IMG/VR virus record: IMGVR_UViG_3300044675_006867
DNA length: 63,785 nucleotides
Strand: one strand, 5' to 3'
DNA from: a virus
Made by a program: the position numbers and the translations under genes. The first letter of the stretch is position 1, and every line of letters begins with the position of its first letter. This document shows positions 1-8,531 of the stretch, one piece after another. The notes under the pieces are model-generated. The model ran no database searches. It saw only the letters and a program-made list of their open reading frames with translations, and was not told the origin of the DNA.

Positions 1-127
1 TCTTCAAAATTTTTTAGAGGCATATGCTTTGCATTAAGAAATCCAGTTGATAAATTTTTTTGCCAAATCCATCTATACCTAAAAAGACGGGGATTACTTG
101 CCCAAAGCTGAAAAGTGAAAATATTGC
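1..127. repeat. Terminal overlap identical to 63659-63785 (circular closure of the contig)
   Basis: Read directly: the first 127 nt (tcttcaaaatttttt...gaaaatattgc) recur exactly as the last 127 nt. An ORF runs through the junction. Confidence 0.95.
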
Positions 128-323
128 AAGCCGTCAGCACAATAGCCCCGTTGTCCTTGATTACTCTCTCATACTCAGCCCAAAGCCTGCCCATGTCTAT
201 AATAGAATCCCATTCACAAGCTGTAGTCCCATAAGGTAAATCACATAAGATCATATCAACGCTTTTACTTGGTATGGAGGGCATCAGCTCCAAGCATTCC
301 CCTAAGTGTACCTTGTCAATCAT
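1..323 (-). CDS. DNA methyltransferase paralog B (DPPY-type N6A/N4C family), N-terminal part. The gene continues across the circular junction into 63244-63785.
   Basis: The minus-strand translation from the ATG at 323 reads MIDKVHLGECLELMPSIPSKSVDMILCDLPYGTTACEWD (motif IV, DLPY). This is near-identical to the N-terminus of ORF 59729..60478. The ATG overlaps the stop of 320..859 (ATGA). Confidence 0.85.
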   Translation of the reverse strand, partial: MIDKVHLGECLELMPSIPSKSVDMILCDLPYGTTACEWDSIIDMGRLWAEYERVIKDNGAIVLTACNIFTFQLWASNPRLFRYRWIWQKNLSTGFLNAKHMPLKNFE

Positions 324-859
324 TTATCTTTGTCTCCTGGTAGCTTTGGCGGTTCTCTGTGTGCTTGTACCGCTGTTTGTAGCTTTGCCCAATAGTCCCC
401 CTGCTCCTCTATAGACGATATGCCCAGCTTTTGCTTTGTCGCTTCAATAGCCTCGGCTACGCTGGTATACATGAGACCACCCTTGATCTCCTGCTGCACC
501 TTCTGAGAGGGGGCTGAATATTCTCCACCGACTCGGCGTTCAAGAAGCCACATGCCACTATTAGAAAGCTTCCCACCAGCCTCAATGTAGCCCTGCCACC
601 TCATATCTCGTTTAGCAATAGATTTATTGAGGTAGTATGACACTAGGAAGCTTGCCCCATCCTCATCTAAGGCATCCTCTAAATATGCTTCATAGTCAGC
701 CTTAAGCCTTTTGATCTGCTTAGGAGTAAGATCAGCCAAAGCCCCCGCGGTTTGCCAAGAGCCACCAGCTTCTATCTCAGCAAGCATTCTTTCTATCAAA
801 TGAACTGGGATAGGGTATTCCTTGGCTTGGATTATGTTTTTATGCTCTATGAGTACCAT
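320..859 (-). CDS. Putative small terminase subunit / HTH DNA-binding protein
   Basis: 179 aa with AAGGAG upstream of the ATG. It has an N-terminal HTH-like segment (GGSWQTAGALADLTPKQIKRL) and a WLLERRVGGEYS motif resembling the fwLerR.pe.w signature of small terminases. It is not adjacent to terL. Confidence 0.35.
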   Translation of the reverse strand: MVLIEHKNIIQAKEYPIPVHLIERMLAEIEAGGSWQTAGALADLTPKQIKRLKADYEAYLEDALDEDGASFLVSYYLNKSIAKRDMRWQGYIEAGGKLSNSGMWLLERRVGGEYSAPSQKVQQEIKGGLMYTSVAEAIEATKQKLGISSIEEQGDYWAKLQTAVQAHREPPKLPGDKDK

Positions 860-899
860 TTTTGATCTCCTTTGTGGCTAGTTTATCAGCTTTCATTTT

Positions 900-1203
900 T
901 GCATAGGATATCTTTTTTTGCATAAGATATCTTATGCACTAATTTATTACGATATTTCATATACTTAGATCACTTTTGCATAAGATGCATAAGATCGAAT
1001 ACCTTTTTTCATATACCCCTGTATATATATACCCTATGAACACATATTTTTTATGTTCATACAATATTGAAAATGCACCTTACTTTATCTTATGCAATCT
1101 TATGCAAAGTAGATAAGTATATGAAATATAATAGAAAAAAGTGCATAAGATGGGGTGCATAAGATAAAACGATTTTCTTATTTTATCTTATGCATCCTAT
1201 GCA
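900..1203. repeat. Iteron-dense non-coding element, copy 1: 9 perfect and 2 variant copies of TGCATAAGAT/ATCTTATGCA arranged as a large imperfect dyad
   Basis: Forward copies at 900 (variant), 919, 977, 986, 1142 and 1156. Reverse copies at 929, 1087, 1097, 1185 and 1194 (variant). 919-938 is a perfect 20-bp palindrome. There is a central AT-rich core with the inverted repeat TATGAACA(1035-1042)/TGTTCATA(1054-1061). Confidence 0.85.
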
Positions 1204-1274
1204 AAAAACGTAAAAACGGCTAAAAAATGAGCCCTGGGAACAAAAAATATAAAAAATTTACCTAGTATATCAGC

Positions 1275-1634
1275 TTAATCAATTTTTTTAGGTGCTGGCG
1301 TCTCAATGGATTCAATAACAAATTCTAAGCGGTGAACCTTCTGTTTAGTATCCTCTAGCTGTTGTTTAAAAAGTGCTTGTGTCTGGTCATTGTGTCTTAG
1401 ATCAGCGATTTCAAATTTAATTTGATTCACTTGATTTTCTAGCTCATGCAATTTATTGGCGTGCTCTGCTGCTTGGTTGTCTGATTCCTTTTTTTGCTTA
1501 GAATAAAAGAAAATAGCAAGGAAGAGGACAATTGACAGGGGAAGGCTTCCAGTGATATCAATAAGCTCCTTTAGGTGCTTTAGATCGTCAATTGGTTGCT
1601 CTTGTGAGCTGGTGCTTAGTGCTTGTTCATTCAT
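1275..1634 (-). CDS. Membrane-anchored coiled-coil protein, function unknown
   Basis: The ATG at 1634 has AAGGAG 7 nt upstream. There is one hydrophobic helix (LPLSIVLFLAIFFY) followed by heptad-like sequence. Confidence 0.7.
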   Translation of the reverse strand: MNEQALSTSSQEQPIDDLKHLKELIDITGSLPLSIVLFLAIFFYSKQKKESDNQAAEHANKLHELENQVNQIKFEIADLRHNDQTQALFKQQLEDTKQKVHRLEFVIESIETPAPKKID

Positions 1635-1702
1635 GTAAATGCTCCTTATGTTTACGAATATAGCATATAGCAAAGCCTCAAATTAATTTAGTGTAAAAAT
1701 AT

Positions 1703-1731
1703 TTGACAAAGTGAAAAGTATAGCATACCAT
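1703..1731 (+). promoter_or_regulatory. Early promoter, TTGACAAAGTG family (TTGACA-N17-TACCAT)
   Basis: TTGACA at 1703-1708, a 17-nt spacer beginning AAGTGAAAA, and TACCAT at 1726-1731. The same architecture occurs at five other sites. Confidence 0.7.
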
Positions 1732-1768
1732 GAGAAAAACCAAGGCAACCAAGCAAAGGAAAATAAAA

Positions 1769-2011
1769 ATGAAAAAGCAATCAGATTTAAACTGTGGACT
1801 ATTCCCAATCGTACATGACGCTCCAATATTAGATGAAACCTATTACCCTATCAAAAAAGAAGCGGAGGCATCCAAGCCTCAATATGTATATAGACCACTT
1901 GAAAAGCCTAGCTTTCTAAATGTACTATGGGTGGAAATATTTGAACCAGCATTAGCATTAGTATGCTTTTGTATGTTTGTCGTGTGTGCATATATTTTGA
2001 TAGGAATCTAA
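1769..2011 (+). CDS. Small protein with a C-terminal transmembrane helix, function unknown
   Basis: The ORF track starts at 1730, but that ATG lies inside the predicted -10 element. The in-frame ATG at 1769 has an AGGA upstream. Confidence 0.55.
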   Translation: MKKQSDLNCGLFPIVHDAPILDETYYPIKKEAEASKPQYVYRPLEKPSFLNVLWVEIFEPALALVCFCMFVVCAYILIGI

Positions 2012-2054
2012 GCATATATGCTACAATGCCCTAATGCTATTTATAAGGGGCAAA

Positions 2055-2543
2055 ATGAGACAAATAAACAAATCACAGGCACAAGGGATTCTCTTTGAGG
2101 ATTATCTAGTTAAGCTATCTGAATATTACGAGCAACAGGGGATAGGGCTGATCAAGAAGCGCTATGAACCATATAGACGAATAGGAAAAAATTTATCAGG
2201 TGGTCGCTTTGTAGCCCATTATTTAGGAATGAGCGGAGCTGATTTTGAAATCTTTTTATCCAATGGTAAAAGTGGACTTTTGGAGGTCAAAAAAAGGGCT
2301 ACAAAATCAATTGCCTTTGATACCTTGAATGAGAAGCAGCATGAGGAGCTATCAAAAATGAGTGCCTGGGGCTTTTTGGCGTTGGTTCTTGTTTACCTTG
2401 AATGTGAAGAGGGGGGCTGGTTTTTAATTCCATATTCACAATTCACACATGAAACAAAGAAATCCTTGAACCTAAAGGAGCTAGAAGCCTTCAAGGTGAA
2501 TATATTGGCGAATGGATTACCAGATTTACTAAGTCGCCTTTGA
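2055..2543 (+). CDS. recU: RecU-like Holliday junction resolvase (PD-(D/E)xK)
   Basis: GILFEDYL..YYEQQGIGLIKKRYEP, then DFEIF...LLEVKKRATKSIAF..L.EKQHEEL and GFLALVLVY. This follows the RecU pattern (G..lE...YY...gia.i.K..P; D..G; EaK; hQ). The ATG at 2055 is preceded by AAGGGG. Confidence 0.6.
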   Translation: MRQINKSQAQGILFEDYLVKLSEYYEQQGIGLIKKRYEPYRRIGKNLSGGRFVAHYLGMSGADFEIFLSNGKSGLLEVKKRATKSIAFDTLNEKQHEELSKMSAWGFLALVLVYLECEEGGWFLIPYSQFTHETKKSLNLKELEAFKVNILANGLPDLLSRL

Positions 2544-2598
2544 TTTGCCTTGAAAAATGGTTAGGATAGGCAAGCTATCAACCACAAGGAGCAAGCCA

Positions 2599-3339
2599 AT
2601 GAGCCTATCAATACAAGAGTATCAAGAAATAATCCAGCCTACATTGTTCACCAGGGCACCACTTGAAAGCCAAGGCATACATGAAGACCTAAAGGGGCAT
2701 GTACAGCTTTTGGCGGTGATGGGTGACGACTTAACGATTGTGAATGCCGCCAAGGTTTCCTTTTATAGTGAGGCTGCAGCATGGGGGGATGATTGTACAA
2801 GGCTGATTAAGTATCTAGCAAAGCACAAGCACTTTTCCCCCTTTGAGCATGCTTCTCTTACGTTTAGAATCAAGACATATTTACCGATTGCCAAACAGCA
2901 CATGAGGCACCGTACACAATCATATAATGAGATTTCAAGACGATATACAAGTGATAACATTGAGTTTCATATTCCTCAAGTGTTTAGAAAGCAAGCTAAA
3001 AAGAACAAGCAAGGAAGCGAAGGACAGCTGGATGAAGAGGCGAACGCTGTTGCATTAGATATTGTTACTAAGCTTGCTAGCCAATCGCTGGAGGCTTACG
3101 AAGCGCTTTTGATGCTTGGAGTATGTAAGGAGCAAGCAAGGGGCTATTTAATACAAGCAACCTATACCGAATATTGGGCTACTGCAAATTTGAGAAATTG
3201 GCTTCAATATTTGGATTTGCGACTTGATGAGCACGCACAACAGGAAATAAGAGAGGTTGCACTATGTATCTATGAGATGATAAAAAAGAGATTCCCTTTT
3301 GCTTGTGAAGCATGGGAATTGGCTAATCAAAACACATAG
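2599..3339 (+). CDS. thyX: Flavin-dependent thymidylate synthase ThyX
   Basis: Carries the ThyX signature RHRTQSYNEISRRY (RHRxxSxxxxSxR). The ATG at 2599 has AAGGAG 7 nt upstream. Confidence 0.9.
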   Translation: MSLSIQEYQEIIQPTLFTRAPLESQGIHEDLKGHVQLLAVMGDDLTIVNAAKVSFYSEAAAWGDDCTRLIKYLAKHKHFSPFEHASLTFRIKTYLPIAKQHMRHRTQSYNEISRRYTSDNIEFHIPQVFRKQAKKNKQGSEGQLDEEANAVALDIVTKLASQSLEAYEALLMLGVCKEQARGYLIQATYTEYWATANLRNWLQYLDLRLDEHAQQEIREVALCIYEMIKKRFPFACEAWELANQNT

Positions 3340-3475
3340 GCAATAGAAATGCTAAAAAACCTAGACCTAGAAGCCCTCAAAAGGCTTGCATGTACACTAT
3401 GGGAAGCCCAGCCCATCAATTGGGCATTATTAGACATGGTATTGAATCAGATCAATGCAAAAAAGGAGAACCAAA

Positions 3476-3814
3476 ATGAACGAGCTACAAACGATTAAGT
3501 CACTTGTGAATAGTATCAATGGATACTTTGACGATCAAAGGAATACATATTTAGACTATGAAAGAAAGCAGGATAGCTTGTATAGCATTGAACCCGCTTT
3601 ACGCACATTAAGAAGGATGCTTATTACAGGCTTTGAAGAGTGCCTAAACAACAATATGCCCAAGGATACTTTATTAGCTTGTTGCTCGGTGGTGCTGGAT
3701 TCCTTGCATGTTCCTAATGGTGAATCTAGCTTCTTTGAGCCTATGCGCAATGTGGTTTGCATAGCCCGTCAAATTGTTTTACATGATAAATTATCTACAA
3801 AGAATGAAATTTAA
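3476..3814 (+). CDS. Hypothetical protein
   Basis: The ATG at 3476 is preceded by AAGGAG, and the ORF lies in the early plus-strand operon. Confidence 0.7.
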   Translation: MNELQTIKSLVNSINGYFDDQRNTYLDYERKQDSLYSIEPALRTLRRMLITGFEECLNNNMPKDTLLACCSVVLDSLHVPNGESSFFEPMRNVVCIARQIVLHDKLSTKNEI

Positions 3815-3880
3815 ATTTGGTGAATAGGTAGCAAAAGGCATAAATTGACAATCCACACTTTGAACAAAGGATTGTCAAAA

Positions 3881-6247
3881 ATGGATTTACAACGTACAAA
3901 AAACTTATCTGATTTCACCTTTAAACAAACATATGCAAGATATCTAAGAGAGCACGGACGCCGTGAGAACTGGGAAGAAGCGGTAGCTCGTATGATGTCC
4001 ACACATAGAAGCTTTTATGCGGATAAGGGCATTGACACAGAGCTAGCTCAAATTGAGCAAGCAATCAAGGAAAAACGCATTTTAGGAAGTCAACGCGCTC
4101 TGCAATTTGGCGGGGATGCTATTTTAGAAAAGCACTGGAGAATTTACAATTGTACAAGCTCCTTTTGTGATAGGCCTCGTTTCTTTGCTGAAGCCTTATG
4201 GTTGCTCCTTTGTGGTTCAGGGGTGGGCTTTAGCATTCAAAAGCACCATGTGGCAAGCCTGCCCGCCGTTTTGAACAATGAATTGATTTTACAAGCGCAC
4301 TATGAAAGCCTTGTGATTGAGGATTCGATTGAGGGCTGGGCTGATGCGCTAAATGAGCTTGTCAATTTTTTCTTTGGGATTCGTGAGACCTACCCCCAAT
4401 TTGATTACTCCTTGATTCGTAAAAAGGGTTCAGCGTTGAGACATGGGGGTAAGGCACCTGGTGCATTTGCACTAAAGAAGGCATTGCAAGCGATTGAGGC
4501 TGTTTTTGTTCAATCAGCGGGTCGCAAGCTTAGTCCCATTAATTGCTTAGATATTGTTTGCTATGCTGCTGATTGTGTAAAAAGTGGCGGAGTGCGCAGA
4601 GCTGCACTGCTTGCCATGTTTTCAAAGGATGATCAGGAAATGATGAACGCCAAAATTGGGGACTGGTGGCGACACAATGGGCAAAGAGCACGCGCAAATA
4701 TCTCAGCGACCATTCCAAGGGGCATGCTTGCACAAGAGGATTTCAACAAGATTATTGAGAGCACGAAGCAATGGGGTGAACCAGGCTTTATCTTTACCGA
4801 CTCAACAGAATTTTGCTTCAACCCGTGTGTCGAGATATGTATGTCCCCTGTACTAGTGACCAAGGAGGGCAACCTTGTTGAGGAGTACACACTTGATCTA
4901 TTAGAACCAAGCAATAGAGCGGAATTGATTAAGCAAGGCTACCGCTTTGAATCAGGCTGGCAAGCTTGCAATTTAACCGAGGTTAACGCTTCCTTTTTTA
5001 GTGAGTGTACTGAGGATAACAAGGAAGCGTTTGTAGAAGCGGTAAGGCTAGCAACGATGCTAGGAACACTACAAGCGGGCTATACTCAATCTGAGTACCT
5101 CGGTAATGTATCTAAGCAAATTTTAGAGCGTGAAGCTCTACTAGGCGTAAGCTTAACAGGGCTGGCCAATTCCTTTATTTTTACTGAGTATGCAAAGGGG
5201 GATGAAGAAGCCAAGGCAAGCGTGAAAGCATTTTTAGTTCATTTGGCAAGCGTTGCGCGTACGGTTAATGTAGATATGTCTTGTAAGCTTGGTATTCGTG
5301 AGGCGTCAAGAATTACCTGTGTGAAGCCCAGCGGAACGGCATCCCTTGTTCTTGGCTGTGCGCCTGGTGTGCATTTGGAGCATGCTAAAAGGTATCTAAG
5401 AAGAAATCAGGTGAATAATGACTCTCCTATTGCCCTTGCATATAAGAAGCTTAATCCAAAGGCTGTTGAGCCCTATATTATGTCAACCAGCAAAACCGAG
5501 GATGTCGTAGCATTTGCGATTGAGGCACCTAATGCGCTTTGTAAAGCTGATTTATCAGCTGTTCAATTTTTAGACATGGTAGCAATGGTTTATGAAACAT
5601 GGGTACGCAGTGGTACACATAAGCCCCAGCGTTTAGAGGGTGCAGCACATAATGTGAGCAATACAACCATTGTACAAGATGATGAATGGGATGATGTAGC
5701 ATACTATATTTATGAGAACCAGAGAAGCTTTAGCGGGCTTAGTTTCTTAAGTGCGACAGGGGATTATGATTATATTCAACCACCCTTCCAAGCGGTATAT
5801 GAGCTATCAGAGATCAATGAAATATATAATAAAGCCAAGGTTAAGCTGGATGCTGAGAAAAAGGATGCTATGAAGCCTATTAAGGCAAAATACAACCAAG
5901 AAAGATTAAATTTATTGGATTTGTACAAGGCTAAAATGGACGCCGTACAACAGATGGACATTGAAGGGGATGTTACAAGCGTTTGTGAAGCATTAGATGA
6001 GGACTATCAAAAGGAGGTAAGCGCAAACCAAGCACAGGAGAAAAAGGCGCTTACTGAGATTGACAATGTATTCTTAGAGAGGATGAAGCCAATCGCCAAG
6101 CGTTGGCAAGATCATATGGATGCTTTAGAGCTCTGGACTTCATTAAGAGGGGCGCAGCAGTTAGACTTTGATACAGTAAAAGAAAAAATTGATATAACCG
6201 ATGTATCAGGCGAACTTGCTTGCTCGGGGGGAAAATGTATTATTTAG
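3881..6247 (+). CDS. nrdJ: Class II (adenosylcobalamin-dependent, monomeric-type) ribonucleotide reductase
   Basis: ~790 aa with the active-site context QACNLTEVN, GSGVGFS, and a C-terminal Cys pair ACSGGKCII. The N-terminus (FTFKQTYARY...ENWEEAV) is typical of RTPR-like enzymes. The track start at 3845 is TTG; the ATG at 3881 has AAGGA upstream. Confidence 0.8.
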   Translation: MDLQRTKNLSDFTFKQTYARYLREHGRRENWEEAVARMMSTHRSFYADKGIDTELAQIEQAIKEKRILGSQRALQFGGDAILEKHWRIYNCTSSFCDRPRFFAEALWLLLCGSGVGFSIQKHHVASLPAVLNNELILQAHYESLVIEDSIEGWADALNELVNFFFGIRETYPQFDYSLIRKKGSALRHGGKAPGAFALKKALQAIEAVFVQSAGRKLSPINCLDIVCYAADCVKSGGVRRAALLAMFSKDDQEMMNAKIGDWWRHNGQRARANISATIPRGMLAQEDFNKIIESTKQWGEPGFIFTDSTEFCFNPCVEICMSPVLVTKEGNLVEEYTLDLLEPSNRAELIKQGYRFESGWQACNLTEVNASFFSECTEDNKEAFVEAVRLATMLGTLQAGYTQSEYLGNVSKQILEREALLGVSLTGLANSFIFTEYAKGDEEAKASVKAFLVHLASVARTVNVDMSCKLGIREASRITCVKPSGTASLVLGCAPGVHLEHAKRYLRRNQVNNDSPIALAYKKLNPKAVEPYIMSTSKTEDVVAFAIEAPNALCKADLSAVQFLDMVAMVYETWVRSGTHKPQRLEGAAHNVSNTTIVQDDEWDDVAYYIYENQRSFSGLSFLSATGDYDYIQPPFQAVYELSEINEIYNKAKVKLDAEKKDAMKPIKAKYNQERLNLLDLYKAKMDAVQQMDIEGDVTSVCEALDEDYQKEVSANQAQEKKALTEIDNVFLERMKPIAKRWQDHMDALELWTSLRGAQQLDFDTVKEKIDITDVSGELACSGGKCII

Positions 6248-6249
6248 GC

Positions 6250-6867
6250 TTAGGCTTCTTCTTGAACCATGTAATCTTGACGGAAGCCTAAAGAGGGTAG
6301 GCTGGTTTTGTTTCCACCCAAAATCGCATATTGTGGATTTGTGGTAAAGCGGTCGCCTCTTCTATACTCATCTAAACGGGGCATCTCATAGCCTCTTCTT
6401 GTGATGGTGTATTTTACTTCTCTGTCTCTGTAGTCAAAATCTTCACCATTGTGAAAGCATTCGATATCAATTTCAGGCTTACAAATAATCTTGTAATCCT
6501 GGAAAAGAGGAGCGCCGACAAGCAATTGATCGATTTCAAGATTGCGCTCATCAGCTTCCTTCTGAGCACATTGAACCACAAAAGACAAGCGGGCTAAAGA
6601 AAAAGCATAATCGCAAATCGCTTCAAGATCAGTAGAATCAAAGGTGCGGACAGGAACCAGCACAACCTTGGACAAATCATAGTCCACGGCTTGTTGAACA
6701 GTGGTTAAAATGCTTGTTGTGTCGCCACTGTTCACAAAGACAATTCGATCACTGCCAACATTGACTTGGATCATGTCAGAGGATACCTCGGAAATTTTTA
6801 AATCAGCGCAATCCTCAGCAAGTTGAGAATTTAAGAAAAAATTTTGTACGTAAGCTTGTGTAAGCAT
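6250..6867 (-). CDS. Hypothetical protein
   Basis: 205-aa ORF directly downstream of the promoter at 6902-6930, with TAGGAG before the ATG. Confidence 0.75.
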   Translation of the reverse strand: MLTQAYVQNFFLNSQLAEDCADLKISEVSSDMIQVNVGSDRIVFVNSGDTTSILTTVQQAVDYDLSKVVLVPVRTFDSTDLEAICDYAFSLARLSFVVQCAQKEADERNLEIDQLLVGAPLFQDYKIICKPEIDIECFHNGEDFDYRDREVKYTITRRGYEMPRLDEYRRGDRFTTNPQYAILGGNKTSLPSLGFRQDYMVQEEA

Positions 6868-6901
6868 GGGAAAAACTCCTATTTGGGTTGATGGTAATAG
6901 G

Positions 6902-6930
6902 AGTATATCAAGGCTTTTTCACTTTGTCAA
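6902..6930 (-). promoter_or_regulatory. Early promoter, TTGACAAAGTG family (TTGACA-N17-TATACT)
   Basis: The minus strand reads TTGACAAAGTGAAAAAGCCTTGATATACT. Confidence 0.75.
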
Positions 6931-6961
6931 ATAATTTTACAAAAATAAATTAAATATTTTT

Positions 6962-8038
6962 CTATGCTCTTCGTGCCATGACAATCTGGATCAGCTTCCC
7001 ATTTGCTTTTGTGGCTAAAAGTGGGGTGCTTTCGCTTTTCTTGTGCATATAGATATCAGTGGTACTCAGTGCATTTGCTAGGTAATCGTATTTGAAGGAG
7101 CAAGAATAATCTGCTTGTAGTCCCTCGGTTTCCTCGTATGTAAAAGCATTGTTTACAAGGATATCATATCTATTTGCTTCTGTATTCCCGCTGATTCTGA
7201 TTGCCTGATCGGAATCTAAGAATTTTGAAGCTTGTTTAAAGGCATCCTTGAAGGCTGTACTAAATTGTAGGTGAACATCATTCGATTTAGGAATGATTGC
7301 TTTGTAATCTGGGAAGGACTCATCAATCAGCCTAATAGAAAGCACCAATGAATCAGCATGCACAATAAAATCCTTACCCGTGCAAGCAATAGAGACAAGC
7401 GGGCTTTGTAGCGCATTAATCAGCTGTGGAATAGCTTTATTTGGGACTAGTGCAATATTTTTTAGGGTCTCATTGTTTACGCTGGTTTTATAAACGCTGA
7501 GAACATGCCCATTTGTTGCTGCTAAGTCTAAGCCCTGTTCACCTTGTTGAATGCTAATACCTGTTAGTCGTGGGCGCGCTGTGTCGGTGGATACCGAAGG
7601 GCTACAAAGCTTAAGCCCCTCAATAAAATCTATCTTATCCTCTTCACTGAGGGGCACACAGTCCGAAGCCTCTAAAAAGCTTAATTCTGGGTATGTTTCA
7701 GGATTGAGAATAGGAATTGATAGCTTTACCTTGTTTGCCTTGGCTTGCCCGTGTGTGTGATCGCTTGCGATTGTAAATTCTACCAAGTCATAATCGCTGG
7801 CAAGTAGCTTATTGAAGAAAGCATGATCAATAAGGGCTTGCCCTTCTTCTTGGATTTCATAGGGAACAAGAGAAGCCTGTAGACTCACCTCTAGATTGGT
7901 TGCTTTTGCTAATAGCTTGCCTTCCTTGGCTTCCAGGTAGATAAAGCCCAAATAAGAGGGCTGGGATATCGTTTTAGCCACATTTACAAGGGCTTTTAGT
8001 GTGGATTTATTCGCTTTTAAAAATAAAGAGATTTTCAT
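6962..8038 (-). CDS. dnaN: DNA polymerase sliding clamp (DnaN/beta-clamp-like)
   Basis: 358 aa. The N-terminus (L.KAL.NVAKTIS....LGFIYLEAKEGKLLAKATNLEVSL) matches the beta-clamp pattern (pil..i.lea....l...atd.e.s). The length fits three clamp domains. Confidence 0.6.
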   Translation of the reverse strand: MKISLFLKANKSTLKALVNVAKTISQPSYLGFIYLEAKEGKLLAKATNLEVSLQASLVPYEIQEEGQALIDHAFFNKLLASDYDLVEFTIASDHTHGQAKANKVKLSIPILNPETYPELSFLEASDCVPLSEEDKIDFIEGLKLCSPSVSTDTARPRLTGISIQQGEQGLDLAATNGHVLSVYKTSVNNETLKNIALVPNKAIPQLINALQSPLVSIACTGKDFIVHADSLVLSIRLIDESFPDYKAIIPKSNDVHLQFSTAFKDAFKQASKFLDSDQAIRISGNTEANRYDILVNNAFTYEETEGLQADYSCSFKYDYLANALSTTDIYMHKKSESTPLLATKANGKLIQIVMARRA

Positions 8039-8483
8039 GATCTAGGGACTCCATGATTATGGTTGCTTTTGTCTTTTGGTTGATGATTCGCTTTGCATAT
8101 GCCCTTGCCTTAGCCCCCTTGCCCGCGTAAGCTTCTACCGCCTTTAATTCGTTATAGTCATGAATTTCAAGGTATGTCTTGATTGCCTTAATACCAGCTT
8201 CAATAAGATCGCAATCCTCTTTTTTCTTAGTATCGCACCATAGGCGGGGGGTAGCCTGCATAGCCCCAAAGCCTTTCCCATCACTAGCGGTAGCATTCGT
8301 GAACTTGGATTCATGAAAGGCGATTGTTATTGCTAGTATTGGGCTGACCTCGTGCTTTAGGGCTTGTGCATGAACAACGCTACAAATTTCTAAGCGTTTT
8401 TGGTTTTCAAGTGCAAGTTTTTTGGTATAGCCAATTGAATGATTATTTGAAAAGAGGGATAAGATAAGAAAGTAACAGAGCAT
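8007..8483 (-). CDS. Lytic transglycosylase (SLT domain) with an N-terminal signal/anchor
   Basis: Contains the catalytic FHESKF, then GFGAMQ and EAYAGKG (the ES...GLMQ...AYNAG pattern). It has a hydrophobic N-terminus and AAGGA before the ATG. Confidence 0.75.
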   Translation of the reverse strand: MLCYFLILSLFSNNHSIGYTKKLALENQKRLEICSVVHAQALKHEVSPILAITIAFHESKFTNATASDGKGFGAMQATPRLWCDTKKKEDCDLIEAGIKAIKTYLEIHDYNELKAVEAYAGKGAKARAYAKRIINQKTKATIIMESLDHENLFIFKSE

Positions 8484-8531
8484 TTTTCATCCTTTTTTGA
8501 AAAGTGTTCTATTTTAAAGGGTTTTTTAGTT

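Noticed and set aside
1-127. Interpreting the 127-nt end duplication as physical direct terminal repeats of the virion DNA.
   Set aside because: An exact 127-nt overlap is the usual artefact of k=127 assembly of a circular path. Physical termini need read-terminus analysis.
900-1203. Could the TGCATAAGAT arrays (here and at 26143-26415) be CRISPR arrays?
   Set aside because: The units are only 10 nt, occur in both orientations, overlap or abut each other, and have irregular spacing. There are no cas genes. This is iteron or operator-like architecture, not repeat-spacer.
1730-1768. ATG at 1730 as the start of the first early ORF, as in the ORF track.
   Set aside because: It lies inside the predicted -10 hexamer (TACCAT, 1726-1731), so it would be upstream of the transcription start. 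The in-frame ATG at 1769 has an SD.
3349-3495. 48-codon ORF in the gap after thyX (MLKNLDLEALKRLACTLWEAQPINW...).
   Set aside because: There is no clear SD, and it overlaps the better-supported start at 3476. It is left unannotated.
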